From Felis catus (taxonomy: Eukaryota): a stretch of 64,000 nucleotides of DNA. The notes under the pieces are model-generated. The model searched no databases. It had not been told where the DNA came from and saw only the letters and a list, made by a program, of their open reading frames with translations. How positions within the stretch are numbered: position 1 is the first letter of the stretch; every line of letters begins with the position of its first letter. The position numbers and the translations under genes were made by a program. This document shows positions 41,941 through 53,900 of this stretch, in pieces. The stretch is from the NCBI RefSeq assembly GCF_018350175.1, contig NC_058382.1, forward strand, positions 8,680,001 through 8,744,000, given 5' to 3'.

Positions 41941-44900
41941 ATGCCTCTAAGCCGCACTTTGTCCATGTCCTCACTGCCAGGACTGGAGGATTGGGAGGAT
42001 GAATTCGACCTGGAGAATACAGTGCTCTTCGAGGTGGCCTGGGAGGTGGCCAACAAGGGTGAGCACGCCAGGCGATGGGTCCTGGACCAGGAGGGCAGTC
42101 GGGGATGGGGGCGCGAAACTCTAGAGTCCTAGAGGACGGAGTTACTTGGCATGATACTCTTGGATTCTGGGCAAGGAACCTATGACTCCTGTGTCCTTGG
42201 GGAGGGCCGGGGTAAGTCTCCTGTACCCTGGCGGGGTGGGGATGGGTCGCCTGACTGTGAAGATGAAAGGAAGCTGGAAGTCCAATTGCTGGGTCCTAGG
42301 GAAGAGGGGGCCAAAATGAATGATTCCTAGGTCCCGGAGGGAGGCTTCCCAGAGACCAGAGACCTGGGTCCTGAACCGGGAAGGAGATGGGGGGTTGGCA
42401 CTTTCTAGTGCAAAACTAGGGAAGTGGCTGGGTTTCAGACCTGTGGCCCTGGGGGAAGAGTCTGGGGATATAAACTCTGGATCTGGGAGAGAGCCAACAG
42501 GGAGATAGGATGCATGAGTCGTGGTGGCAGAATCTGGGGGCTGGCCACTTGCGAGTAAAGATGGGAAGGGCCGCAGACTCTAATTCTTAGATCTTAGGGT
42601 GGGAGAGAGTTGGTCTGAATGCCTAGACTCTGAAGGAGCCGAGGGTGTGAGCTCTGTTTCTAGGAGTACAGAAGCCTGCGGCCTGAGACACATGCGTACT
42701 GGAATGAGGGAAGGCTGGGAAGTCCTAAGTTGGTCAGGGGCTGGGCCCTAGGATGGGAGTGGCTGGGGACCTAGATTTCTGCGTCCCAGGCTCTGAAGGT
42801 CCTAAAGTTCTGGGTTTGGAAAACCAGCTGGGGTTTTGCTTTGCTGAGTCTTGGGAGAGAATGGGGCTGAGTCTCACCCCATGGCAAGCAGCCCTCGAAC
42901 TGGGAGCCATGTATCCCCAGGGCCCAGGCTCCAGTAGGTAAGGAGGCTGAGAGCCCAGACTTCTGGGTCTGGAGTGGAGTTATGGGCAGAGCGGGGCCCT
43001 GCACGTGTGTTCTCAGTTGGGGAGAGGAAACTGGGGGACAGGTCAGCAGAGTCCCTGGGGGCAAGGAATGACAATTCAGGCTTCTCTTGGGCAGCTGTGG
43101 GAAGCTGAATCGGGCTATGGAGAGAGATTCTCCCCTACCGTGACCTAGAGCCTGACTGAGATTATAAACCCAGCTCCCAGAAGCTGGGAACTCAGGGACC
43201 TGAGTCCTGCTGATCCTTGCCAGCTTCTGTCATCCTTGGGACCCCGGCCCCTAATTCCCTCAGACCCAGGAGCCCGAGTCCCTAGCCCTTTCATGTCTCA
43301 GACTCCGAAGTTTAGCCTGAGCCCCTTTCTCCCCCTGAGTCCCAACCCCAGCCCCATTCTCCCTTAGACCCAGGAGTACTGCCCTGGAACTCCTATCCCA
43401 TCATCTCTCTGACTCAGAAGTGTGGGCTCTCAGCCCCCTCCTCCTTCTAAGCCAGAGGTGTGGGGCCCCAGTACCTCCCATGGCCCCCTACCCTGCCCCA
43501 GGTCCCAGACCCGTGGACCTCGGCTGGGGCCTGCCCTCACGCACTTGGGCCCACAGTGGGCGGCATCTACACGGTGCTACAGACGAAGGCGAAAGTGACA
43601 GGGGATGAATGGGGTGACAACTACTACCTGGTGGGACCGTACACGGAGCAGGGCGTGAGGACCCAGGTGGAACTGCTCGAGCCCCCAACCCCAGCCCTGA
43701 AGAGGACGTTGGACTCCATGAACAGCAAGGGCTGCAAGGTGGGACATGGCCTGGCCGAGGGGAGGGGAGGTGGGTGCCCAGAGTCAGGGTGGGAGCGGCA
43801 GGTGGAGAAGGGACGGCGGGGAGAGGGTGGGTAGCCCCACGGGGAGAGGGAGGCATGGACAGAAACATGGGATGAGCCAGAACTTTCCCAGATAGACACA
43901 GAGGAGGTAAGATTGACAGACAGACAGACGCAGGACCCCATGAAGTGGGTGGGTGAACCCCAAGCTGAAGACATTGGTGAACGGACAGACCGACAGCAGG
44001 TGCATAAGAAAGACTGAGAGATGGCTCCCAGAGGCCAAGATCCTCAGACCCACAGAGAGAAAAAGAGCGAGACGGAAAGACAGACAGCCAGGTGGAACCC
44101 GGGGGGAGATGGGCTTGGGGTGAGGCAGGAGTGCCAGAGTGGGGGTTCTGGAGCCTGAAGTTCAAAATCACCTTCTCCACTTCCTGCCTGTGTGACCTTG
44201 GCTAATAAACCTACTAATAGCACCTACCTTGTTCGTTTTGGGGGAAAGGATTAATTGTTAGTTAATAAAGTCCTCAGCCCGGTTCCTGGCCTCAGTTAGT
44301 ACTGTGTATGAGCTCTTGTGACCACGGCCATCGTCATCATCGTTATCATAAACAGCCAAGCCGGCAGTGAGGTGGACAGGCCGACCAAGGGAGAGAGATG
44401 GATGGAGAGAGATTGAGTGTTCCAAAAGGTGGCGATCGCCCCAGGGGCAACAGCAATAGAGAGAGAGGCAGCCTGAGATTTCCAGGAGAAGGAACTAGGA
44501 GGGAGAGGAGATAGAGTACCGATGGAGGGAAGAGAGACAGGGGGCAGAGTTTCAGAGGAGCAGACCCGGGACTTAAAGATAGGAAGGGAGAGTCCCAGAG
44601 CCCCGGCTGAGGACTGACGGATGAGCACTGAGAGGCGGCTGCCTCCGGCGGAAAAGGCCATGATGTAGCAGGGTGGAAGGACAGACAGGTCTGGGAGGAA
44701 GAAGTACAGTGGTTCCTTCATTCATTCACAGCCTCTAGTCTGGGGTGGGGTCTGGAGTCCAGAGAGGCCGGGGACCATGTCCCTAAGGAACCCTAGATCG
44801 GCCCAGCCCTCCCCCATGGCAGCTGCTCCCCACGTGCTGGGGGCCTAAGAATAGCGCCCCCCCCCCAGCAAAAGGGCAGACGACAGCTGGGAGGGGGAGG

Positions 44901-47900
44901 GGTATCAGAGTCAGGCTCCCCAGGCCGGGCAAAACCAGGTCCGGGAGGCGCAGGACTGCTTGCCGCCCGCACAGGGCTGTGGCAGCTGGCCCAGAACCTA
45001 GGCCATCATCTCAGGAGGAAAGCAGCCGCCCGGAGAAATGTGGCAGCAAGGTTTAGAAACATGGCAGCGGGGCAGACAGCAGCTGGTGTTAGAAAGGTAG
45101 CTGCAGAGTCCAAAGGGTAGAGGAAGGAGACAGCAGGTGACAAATTTATAGTGAAAGCATCGGAAGCAAGGCAGCGGGCGCGGAAGAATGTGGCAATGAG
45201 AACAGTAAAAGAAGCATCCAGTGGGAGGAATTAGCAGCAGAAGGAAGAAATAACGGGAGAAGGCGACAGGCGGGTTGGCAAGACGGAAGTGGCAGGAAAC
45301 ACAGAAACAAGGCAGCACGTTGGAGAAATGCTAAGGGCGGGAAAGCAAGGCAGCGGGGGACACAGAGACAGGACCGTGTGACATTCATGGTTATAGGTAA
45401 GAGAAAGGAGGCAGTGGGTTGGGAACCAGGGTAGCGGTTATAGAAAGGAAGCAAGGTTTTCAGTTAGCAGTAATCGCTCCTCTAATAAACCTCATTGGCT
45501 ACGATACCGCCACTGCGCAAAGCTAGAAAGGAAGCGAGGCACAGGGAAAATGTAACAGCGATGGACAAAGAGTGTGGTGGGAATAACTAGCAGCACGTGG
45601 AGAAATACGGCAGCGGGGGAGAAATTAGCAGCAGGTACCGAAACAGGGTGGAAGAACTGAGGCTTTAAGCCCCGACTGCTGCCTGCGGGTGGGCGAGCCA
45701 CCGAGGCTGAGCCCAGGGAAGTGTGGCCAAAAGCCTGAGTCTTCCTGTGGGCCCCCCCAGGTGTATTTCGGACGCTGGCTGATCGAGGGGGGCCCCCTGG
45801 TGGTGCTCCTGGACGTGGGGGCCTCAGCCTGGGCCCTGGAGCGCTGGAAGGGGGAGCTCTGGGACACCTGCAACATCGGGGTGCCTTGGTACGACCGTGA
45901 GGCCAACGACGCTGTCCTTTTTGGCTTCCTCACCACCTGGTTCCTGGGTGAGGTAGGCCCCATTGCTGGTCGCCATGTCACTCCTGACCCGGGCCCCAAC
46001 CTAGGATGGCCGTTAGTCCCTGCCAGAGGGGGCGGGGTAGGAAGGGGTGGCCGGCCGGGGGCCTTGGGGTGGCTGGCTTCTCCCAAGGCATTCTGGGATT
46101 GTAGGTCCTTTTCCAAGCCCTAGCTCTGACCTTTGGGAACACAGACACCCAGGGGCCCAGAGGCTCAAACTCCCAACCCCAGCTTCATTCATTCTAATTT
46201 TCTCAGTAGAGAAATTTTGAACTGTTAGCTTTGGGGGGTGCTGGCCGGGCTAGAGGGCTTGCACCAGGACATTCTGGGAGTTGTAGTTCTGTAGTCTGAT
46301 AGTGGCTGGACTTAGCTCTCAGAGGGGGCCCTGGACGGTTGGGGGGTCTCCAGCCTATATGAGAACCAGGGATCCTGGTTCTGACCCCCTTTTAGGTTTT
46401 AAAAGGCTGAAGAAACTTCACATCTCCTGCCCCAGGGAAACCAGTTTACGAATGGGCCAGTCGTAGGGCATTCTGGGAGTTGTAGTCCTTTAGTCAGTAT
46501 TGGATGCAGCTCCACTCTTGATTGAGACAAAAGGCTCTCCAGGAATTGCGTCCGGGACTTGGGGACACTACAACTTCAGACCTTCCACTTCAGCCCTGCT
46601 GGCACTTAGAAGGTGGGGCCAACCTCTCCACCGCCCCCGGCTCCCATCAGCCTTGAAGGATGGGGTCAGCTGGCCTGGCGACCCGGAGATGTACAGTTCC
46701 TTGTTCTAGGGGAATTGCAGTGGGCTACCATCCACTCTGTGCAAGAATGACGCTAGATTTACCTCTCCCCTGCTTCCCTGTCCACCTTGGGGATTGTTGG
46801 TTGTCCGCACAACACACGTGGAGACACAGTGGCCCTCTTCCTGTTGCCCCATAGTTCCTGGCCCAGAACGAGGAGAAGCCACACGTGGTTGCACACTTCC
46901 ACGAGTGGTTGGCGGGCATTGGCCTCTGCCTGTGCCGGGCCCGGCGGCTGCCCGTGGCCACAATCTTCACCACCCACGCCACACTGCTGGGACGCTACCT
47001 GTGTGCCGGTGCCGTGGACTTCTATAACAACCTGGAGAATGTGAGCCGGGAACGTGTGGCAGATGGGGGCTGTGAGTGGTTCGGGACAGCCCAAAGCTGT
47101 CCGGGAAGCCCAGGGGCGGGGGGATCAAGCTTCCTCTTCTCCCGTGACCCAGGGGTCCAAGTCCTCCACCCCCTCCTCCCTCTGACAAAGGAGTTCAGCT
47201 TCCAACCCCAGCCACCTCCGGGACCCCGGAGTCTGGGCTGCCTGAGTCTTCTCCCCAGTTCTTCTAACCTGACTGCCCTCCCTTCCCACCCAGTTCAATG
47301 TGGACAAGGAAGCAGGGGAGAGGCAAATCTATCACCGCTACTGCATGGAGCGGGCAGCGGCCCACTGCGCTCATATCTTTACTACTGTGTCCCAGATTAC
47401 TGCCATCGAGGCTCAGCACCTGCTCAAGAGGAAACCAGGTAAGGAATAGGCTGGGGTCCCTAGACATGAATGAGGCAGTCTGTGCTCAGGCCGATACTTA
47501 GCTGGTTTTTTTTAACTGTAGAGAGCAAAGAACTACACCCCCCAGCCAGCCCTAAGTTGATGACCTGAATAGGGAGCTGCCTGGTTATACGCCCTAGAGG
47601 CTAATGGGAGGTGTAGTTCCTTTGACATTCATTTCAAAATGGTAAAGTTACCTTATCGGCTAATGTAGTTACTGGTCTTCTGAAAGGGAATGGAGTTTCA
47701 CTGGGTTTTGATTTTGAGAAGAGTGGTGTTGGAATCCGTTATTCTTTTTTTTTTTTTTTTTTTTTAAGTTATTTATTTTGAGAGAGAAAGAGTGAGAGAG
47801 CATGGACAGGGGGAGGGACAGAGAGAGAGAGAATCCCAAGCAGAGCCCGACGCGGGGCTCGATCCCATGAACCGTGAGATCATGACATGAACCCAAACCA

Positions 47901-50900
47901 AGTTGGATGCTCAACCGACTGAGCCACCCAGACACCCCTGGAATCAGTTATTCTTTTCGGGTTATAGCACCCATTCTCAATGGGTGTATTGTGAGAACTA
48001 CAATTCCCAGGAGGCCTTTGGCTAGCCGGCTCCTTCTACTCCTGGAGCTGATGGTGGTTATAATTTTTCATTGATGTATTTTAATTTCAAGGAGGATAGG
48101 AAATGATCGGGACCCTAAAAGAGGCTTGAAGGTTGAGGGTATATTCTGGGAGAAGCAGGATGGGGATGTTTAAATCATCCCCAGTATAGGGTGGGATAGG
48201 GGAAACAAAAGAACTACAACTCCCAGAAGCCCCAAGGTAGTTCATTTCCCTGTGTGGTTAGCCATTTGCAGGGGCTGCTGGGAGTTGTGGTCGTGCTTGT
48301 GAACATAAGCAAGTGACTTGGGGCAAGAAGGCCTCTGAGTGGCAGGGCAGCGGGGCCACCAAGGGAGCTTCTAAAACTAAGAGATTGTGACAGGAAAGGA
48401 GTCTTTCCTTTGTTTATTCATTCAACCACACTGACGCGTATGAATAGATGAAGATATGAAACATGGACCTTCTCCCCACAAATCCCAGATATCGTGACCC
48501 CCAATGGACTGAATGTGAAGAAGTTCTCTGCCATGCATGAGTTCCAGAACCTCCATGCTCAGAGCAAGGCTCGAATCCAGGAGTTTGTGCGGGGCCATTT
48601 TTATGGGTACGTGGACCAGGTACCTAGGTCTTGGGAGAGGAAGGGGTTGGGAACCCAACTCATGAGTGTAAGAGATGGGATAGCTGGGGGCTCAGCCTCT
48701 TCCATTCCTGAGCACCAGAACAATGGTGGAGTATTCAAGTATTGATCCCCATCTAGGGAGAAGAGAACTTCAACTCCCAGGAGCTCCCATGATGCCTCTG
48801 TACTGCCTAAGACGCTCTTTGCCCCTGTAGCTTCTGGGGTTTGTAGTTTCAAGGCCAGGGCTAGCGGGTCCCCACCCTTGGCTTCACCAAGGTGGCTTCA
48901 CCACCATGCCTTATGGCTTTTTTAGGCACCTGGACTTCAACTTGGACAAGACCTTGTATTTCTTTATCGCCGGCCGCTACGAGTTCTCTAACAAGGGGGC
49001 CGATGTCTTCCTAGAGGCCTTGGCCCGGCTCAACTATCTACTCAGAGTAAGGCCTGGGCTTTGAGAAGACAAAAAGAGGAAAAGGAAATCCGCACATAAC
49101 TGGGGAGGGCGGGGGCGGGAAGTAGGGAAACCCCGTGTGTGAAGGGAAAGTGTAGAGACCCAGAAAGAAGACCAGAGTCCCAGTGGGGATGATGACTCTA
49201 ATTCTCCTTGACCGGAAGGAGCATGGCAGGGCCATAGTGGTCTTGATGGGTGGAAAAGGGTAGGTGGCTTCAGCCTTCTCGCGGGTGATCCTGACCCCCT
49301 CCCCCCACCCCACGCCTTTTCCTCTGCCCAGGTGAACGGCAGTGAGCAGACAGTGGTCGCCTTCTTCATCATGCCGGCTCGGACCAACAATTTCAACGTG
49401 GAAACCCTCAAAGGCCAAGCTGTGCGCAAGCAGCTTTGGTCAGCAGCCCTCGGCCCAGGATCCCTGCCATTCCCGCTCCCAGCCATGCCCTTCGGGAGGC
49501 TCAGTTTTGTTATCTGGAACACGAGCGGTTTGCCCCCCAAAAACTCGTAGTGAAGTCACTTGCTTAAGACGCCTCTAGGTCAGGGGCAGTAAGGAGTCGC
49601 ACACAGGACAAGTGTGACCGTACAACCAGGGCCCTGACATCAAACTGGCGAGGTCCCACTTGGGCCACTGACCCTTGGTGGCTTTGTGATAATTTCCTCA
49701 TCTGCAAGAGCCATGCATTAGCCATCAGATAGTCACTGAGCACCTACCGTGGACCAGGCGCTGTTCCAGGCCCTGGGGACGCAGCTGTAAATGAGGACGA
49801 TAAAATCCCTGCCCTCACCGAGCTCCCATTCTAGAGAGTTCTATAGAAAGTGCTCTGGGGTGCCTGGTTGGCTCAGTTAGAGCATGTGGCTCTTGGTCTT
49901 GGGGTTGTAAGTTCGAGCCCCGTGTTGGGTGTAGAGACGACCGCTTAAAAATAGACTCTTTAAGACAACAACAACAACAAAAAGAAAGTGCTCTGACAAG
50001 AAAATAAAGCAGGACTGGAATGCGAGACAGGACATGGAATGGACAGGCCACACTGAGAAAGTTGCCATGGGGTAGAGACCAGTAGAAGAAATGAGGGAGG
50101 GAGCCCTGTGTGTATCTGGGGAATAGCATTTCAGGCAGAGGAACACAGATGCAAAGGCCCTGAGGTATGTCTGAGAAACCACAGGGAGACCAGCGCGGCT
50201 GGAGCAGGGCGCTTAAGGGAGATGGGGTAGAAAATGAGGCCAGAGCTATGAGAAGATTAGGATTAGAGGAATGTCATCGAGGCTGCAGGGTGTCACTAGT
50301 TGCTAGCTTCACTTGTGCACATAAAATTTCCTCTCTCGGAACATCGTTCTCCCTTTTTATAACATGGGGCTTAGCATGGCCACCACCAGGACTAGTGCAC
50401 GTCCTAATAATAGCTGACATTTCTGGAAGGTTTGCTGTGTGCCAGGCACTGTGCGTTGTTTGTCGTGACTTCATCAAGTTTTCCCTGCAGACCTCTGAGG
50501 TCGGTTCTATTTTTATCCCCGTCTGAGAGATGAGTCACCAAAGTCAGAGAGGGAAGGCCACCTGTCCCCCGCCACACAGCTGATGAGGGGCACAGGGGAT
50601 TCGAGCCTTTCAGGGCCTGTCTCCCAGGTCCCCGTCCTCCAGCTCCAAGTCCCCAGGGCCTCTCCGCCCAGACCTCAGTGTAGCAGCTGACAATAAATGG
50701 CAGGTGGCATATATGTGATGCTGTGTCTCTGCCCCTTCTAGGGATACGGCCAACACCGTGAAAGAGAAGTTCGGAAGGAAGCTTTATGAGTCCTTGCTGG
50801 TGTGAGTGTCCCTCCCCCAGCCCCGCATCCTCCTGGGCCCTGACTCCACGGATCACCCATTCCCAGATGCATACCCTGTCACCTTGCAGGGGGAGCCTCC

Positions 50901-53900
50901 CGGACATGAACAAGATGCTGGACAAGGAGGACTTCACTATGATGAAGAGAGCTATATTTGCCACGCAGGTACGGTCTGGGGCCCCGAACAGAGACATGGC
51001 GATGCCCAGCACCCGCCCCGGGGGCAGCTTGCTGTCTTAGCTCTGACCCCAGAGATTGCTGGGGGCTCCGCGTCACCGGCACCCTTATCAGGGAATCAAT
51101 TGATTTTTTTTAAGGCTTATTTATTTTTGAGAGAGAGAGAGAGAGAGAGAGAGAGGAAGACAGAGCGGGGGAGGGGGAGGGGCAGAGAGAGAGGGAGACA
51201 GAATCCGAAGCAGGCTCCAGGCTCTGAGCTGTCAGCCCAGAGCCCGACTACACTGGGCTGGAACCCACCAGCTGTTAAGATCGTGACCTGAGCTGAAGTT
51301 GGATGCTTAACGGACTGAGCCCCCCCCCCGCCCCCCCCCCCCCGAGGCGCCCCCCCCCCCAGTGACTTATTCTGCTACAGGGGCTGCTAGGAGTTGTACT
51401 TTTTTTTTTTAATTTGTAATTTCGTTGAGCCACCGGGGTCAAAAGATGAAAGAGAACTTTAGGAAGTCAACAAAGCCCACAGGAGGAGAATTACAAGCCC
51501 CCGCTGTCCCTGGGTCTTGCTGCTGACTAGTTTCATACTCATTAGAGCCAGAAGGTTTTAGCTAAAACACTAGCCGTTACCTGAAGAGCATTGAAAACTC
51601 TCAGCAGCTGCTGTTTTTCTTATCCCATAGGCCGTGTGTCTTAGTCCCCAGACATTCCTGGCAGTTGTAGCTTCTTTAGATTCCGGAGGTTAATGGAATT
51701 CGGTGGATGGGAAACCTTAGAAGAATGTGGCAATAACAAAATGAGGACTACAAGTCCCAGCAGCCCCTGCTTCAGGCATGCTTCCCTTGCCCCAGAGGCT
51801 CCTGGGAGGGAGAGTTCTTTGATTCTCTGGGGTCAGGAATCTTTGGTACCTGTGGTCAGGGTGGGTGAGCCACTTCCCGGCGAATGGAAACCTAGGTACC
51901 CACGCTGCACAAATGAGGTGTGATGTGCTTTGGGCCAAACTACAATTTCCTTTTTTCTTTTTTTAAGTTTATGTATTTATTTTGAGAGAGAGAGAGGGAG
52001 AGAGGGGATCCCAAGCAGGCCCCGCGCTTCCTGCACGGAGCCTGACATGGGGCTCGAAGCCAGAAGCCGTGAGATCATAATAAAGAGCCAAAATAAAGAG
52101 ATGACTGAGCCACGCTGTGACCCCAGATTACAATTTCTAATAGTCCCTATGGCAGTCAGCCTCACTGAGGATGTGTATGCATTGCCACGGGGCTGCTGGG
52201 AGTTGTAGTTTCCTGAGCCCCTGGAGCTGACTGAAGGCGAGTAGAACTTTTAATGAGATGGAAGAGTTACAAATAACTACATATCCCAGCAGCCCGTGGG
52301 ATTTCCTAGCTCTCGCCCCTCCAGTCACTCTTGGGAATTGTGGTTTCTCTGGGCCTTGGGTGGGAGCGGAAGTGGAGGGAATTACAGGATGGAGAGTAAA
52401 GGGAACTTGGAAAGAAGGCAAGACAGGCTTTTCATAAGAGAACTACAACTTCCAGCAGCCCCTGAAGCTTGCTGCCATATTGACCAAGTCTCTGCCCCCC
52501 ATTGACTTGGGGGAATTTTAGTTCCTTTGGGTTTCTTTGATGATGGAGCCCAGAGTACAGAACCCAATAACTACAACTCCCGGTCGTCAGGGGAGGCAGG
52601 TTAATGCTGGCTTTGCCTCAAAGACAAATGGGAATTGTAGTTTCTTTTCAGCTCATGGTGTGTTTTTGTTTAGTTGGTTATTTTTTATGTTTATTTATTT
52701 TTGAGAGAGAGGGAGGGCTGTCTGGCTGTCAGCCCAGAACCCGATATGGGGCTTGAACCCATGAACCGTGAGATCATGACCTGAGCCGAAGTCGGACACT
52801 TAACCGACTGAGTCACCCAGGTGCCCCTCAGCTCATGGTGTTCAAACAGAAAAGTGAGCCTTTACAGAGAGAGCCAAGGAGGATATCTATGACTCCTCTT
52901 TTTTTTTTTTTTTAAGTTTATTTAGTTATTTTGAGAGAGAGAGTGAGAGCGCAAGCAAGGGAGGGCCAGAGAGAGAGAATCCCAAGCAGGCTCTGCACTG
53001 ACAGTGGAGACCCAACTCGGGGCTCGAACTCACGAACCAACTGTGAGCTCATGACCGGAGCCGAAATCGAGAGTCGGCCATTCCACCTACTGAGCCCCCC
53101 AGGCGCCCCAGATATCTACAGCTTCTAATCTCTTGGGCTTGTGTCCCCACAACCTGGTGGGAATTGTGACCTCCTCCCGGGTCAGCGTGGCTCACAGGGA
53201 ATGAAGGAGCCCTCTGTCCCTTCTCTGACCCCCATCCCTCTTGTGGCCCCTGCAGCGACAGTCTTTCCCCCCTGTGTGCACCCACAATATGCTGGACGAC
53301 TCCTCGGATCCTATCCTGACCACCATCCGTCGAATCGGACTCTTCAATAGTAGTGCTGACAGGGTCAAGGTGAGGGCAATGGCCAGGCTGGGTCAAGCAT
53401 GGAGGGGTGGGGGGTGGAGGTAGGGGGAGCTGGGCCTCACGTCCCCCGTCTCCCCTGGTTTATTAAGGGATCGCTATGTTTAGAAAGGGCCTTAGCACTT
53501 TAAGCGGACAGACTTGGATTCAGTGCTTTGTCCTACCGCTGACTTGTGTGACTTTAGACAGGCTTTTCGCCCTCTCTGGGCCCCTCTGGGATCCCAGGGA
53601 GTTTGGGCTGAGCTCTTCTTTTTCACTGCTAGGTGATTTTCCACCCAGAGTTCCTCTCCTCCACGAGCCCCCTGCTCCCCGTGGATTATGAGGAATTTGT
53701 CCGTGGCTGCCACCTGGGGGTCTTCCCCTCCTACTATGAGCCTTGGGGCTACACGCCGGGTGAGTGCAGCATGGTGGTCGGCTCCTGGTCAGACGGGGCA
53801 CCAACCCCGGGCACGGCACTTGCCCGCTCTGTGCCCCAGGCTCGCCTTTGCAAAACCGGGACGATGGCCACAGTCTGTTGGCCTGCAGCATGTGTTTCTG

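Noticed and set aside
48590-48592. GYS1 codon 309 (equine PSSM1 R309H site)
   Set aside because: Reads CGG (Arg), the ordinary allele.
46088-53171. CRISPR-like reading of the repeated ACTACA motifs
   Set aside because: Eukaryotic introns, mixed orientation, irregular spacing between modules, no cas genes.
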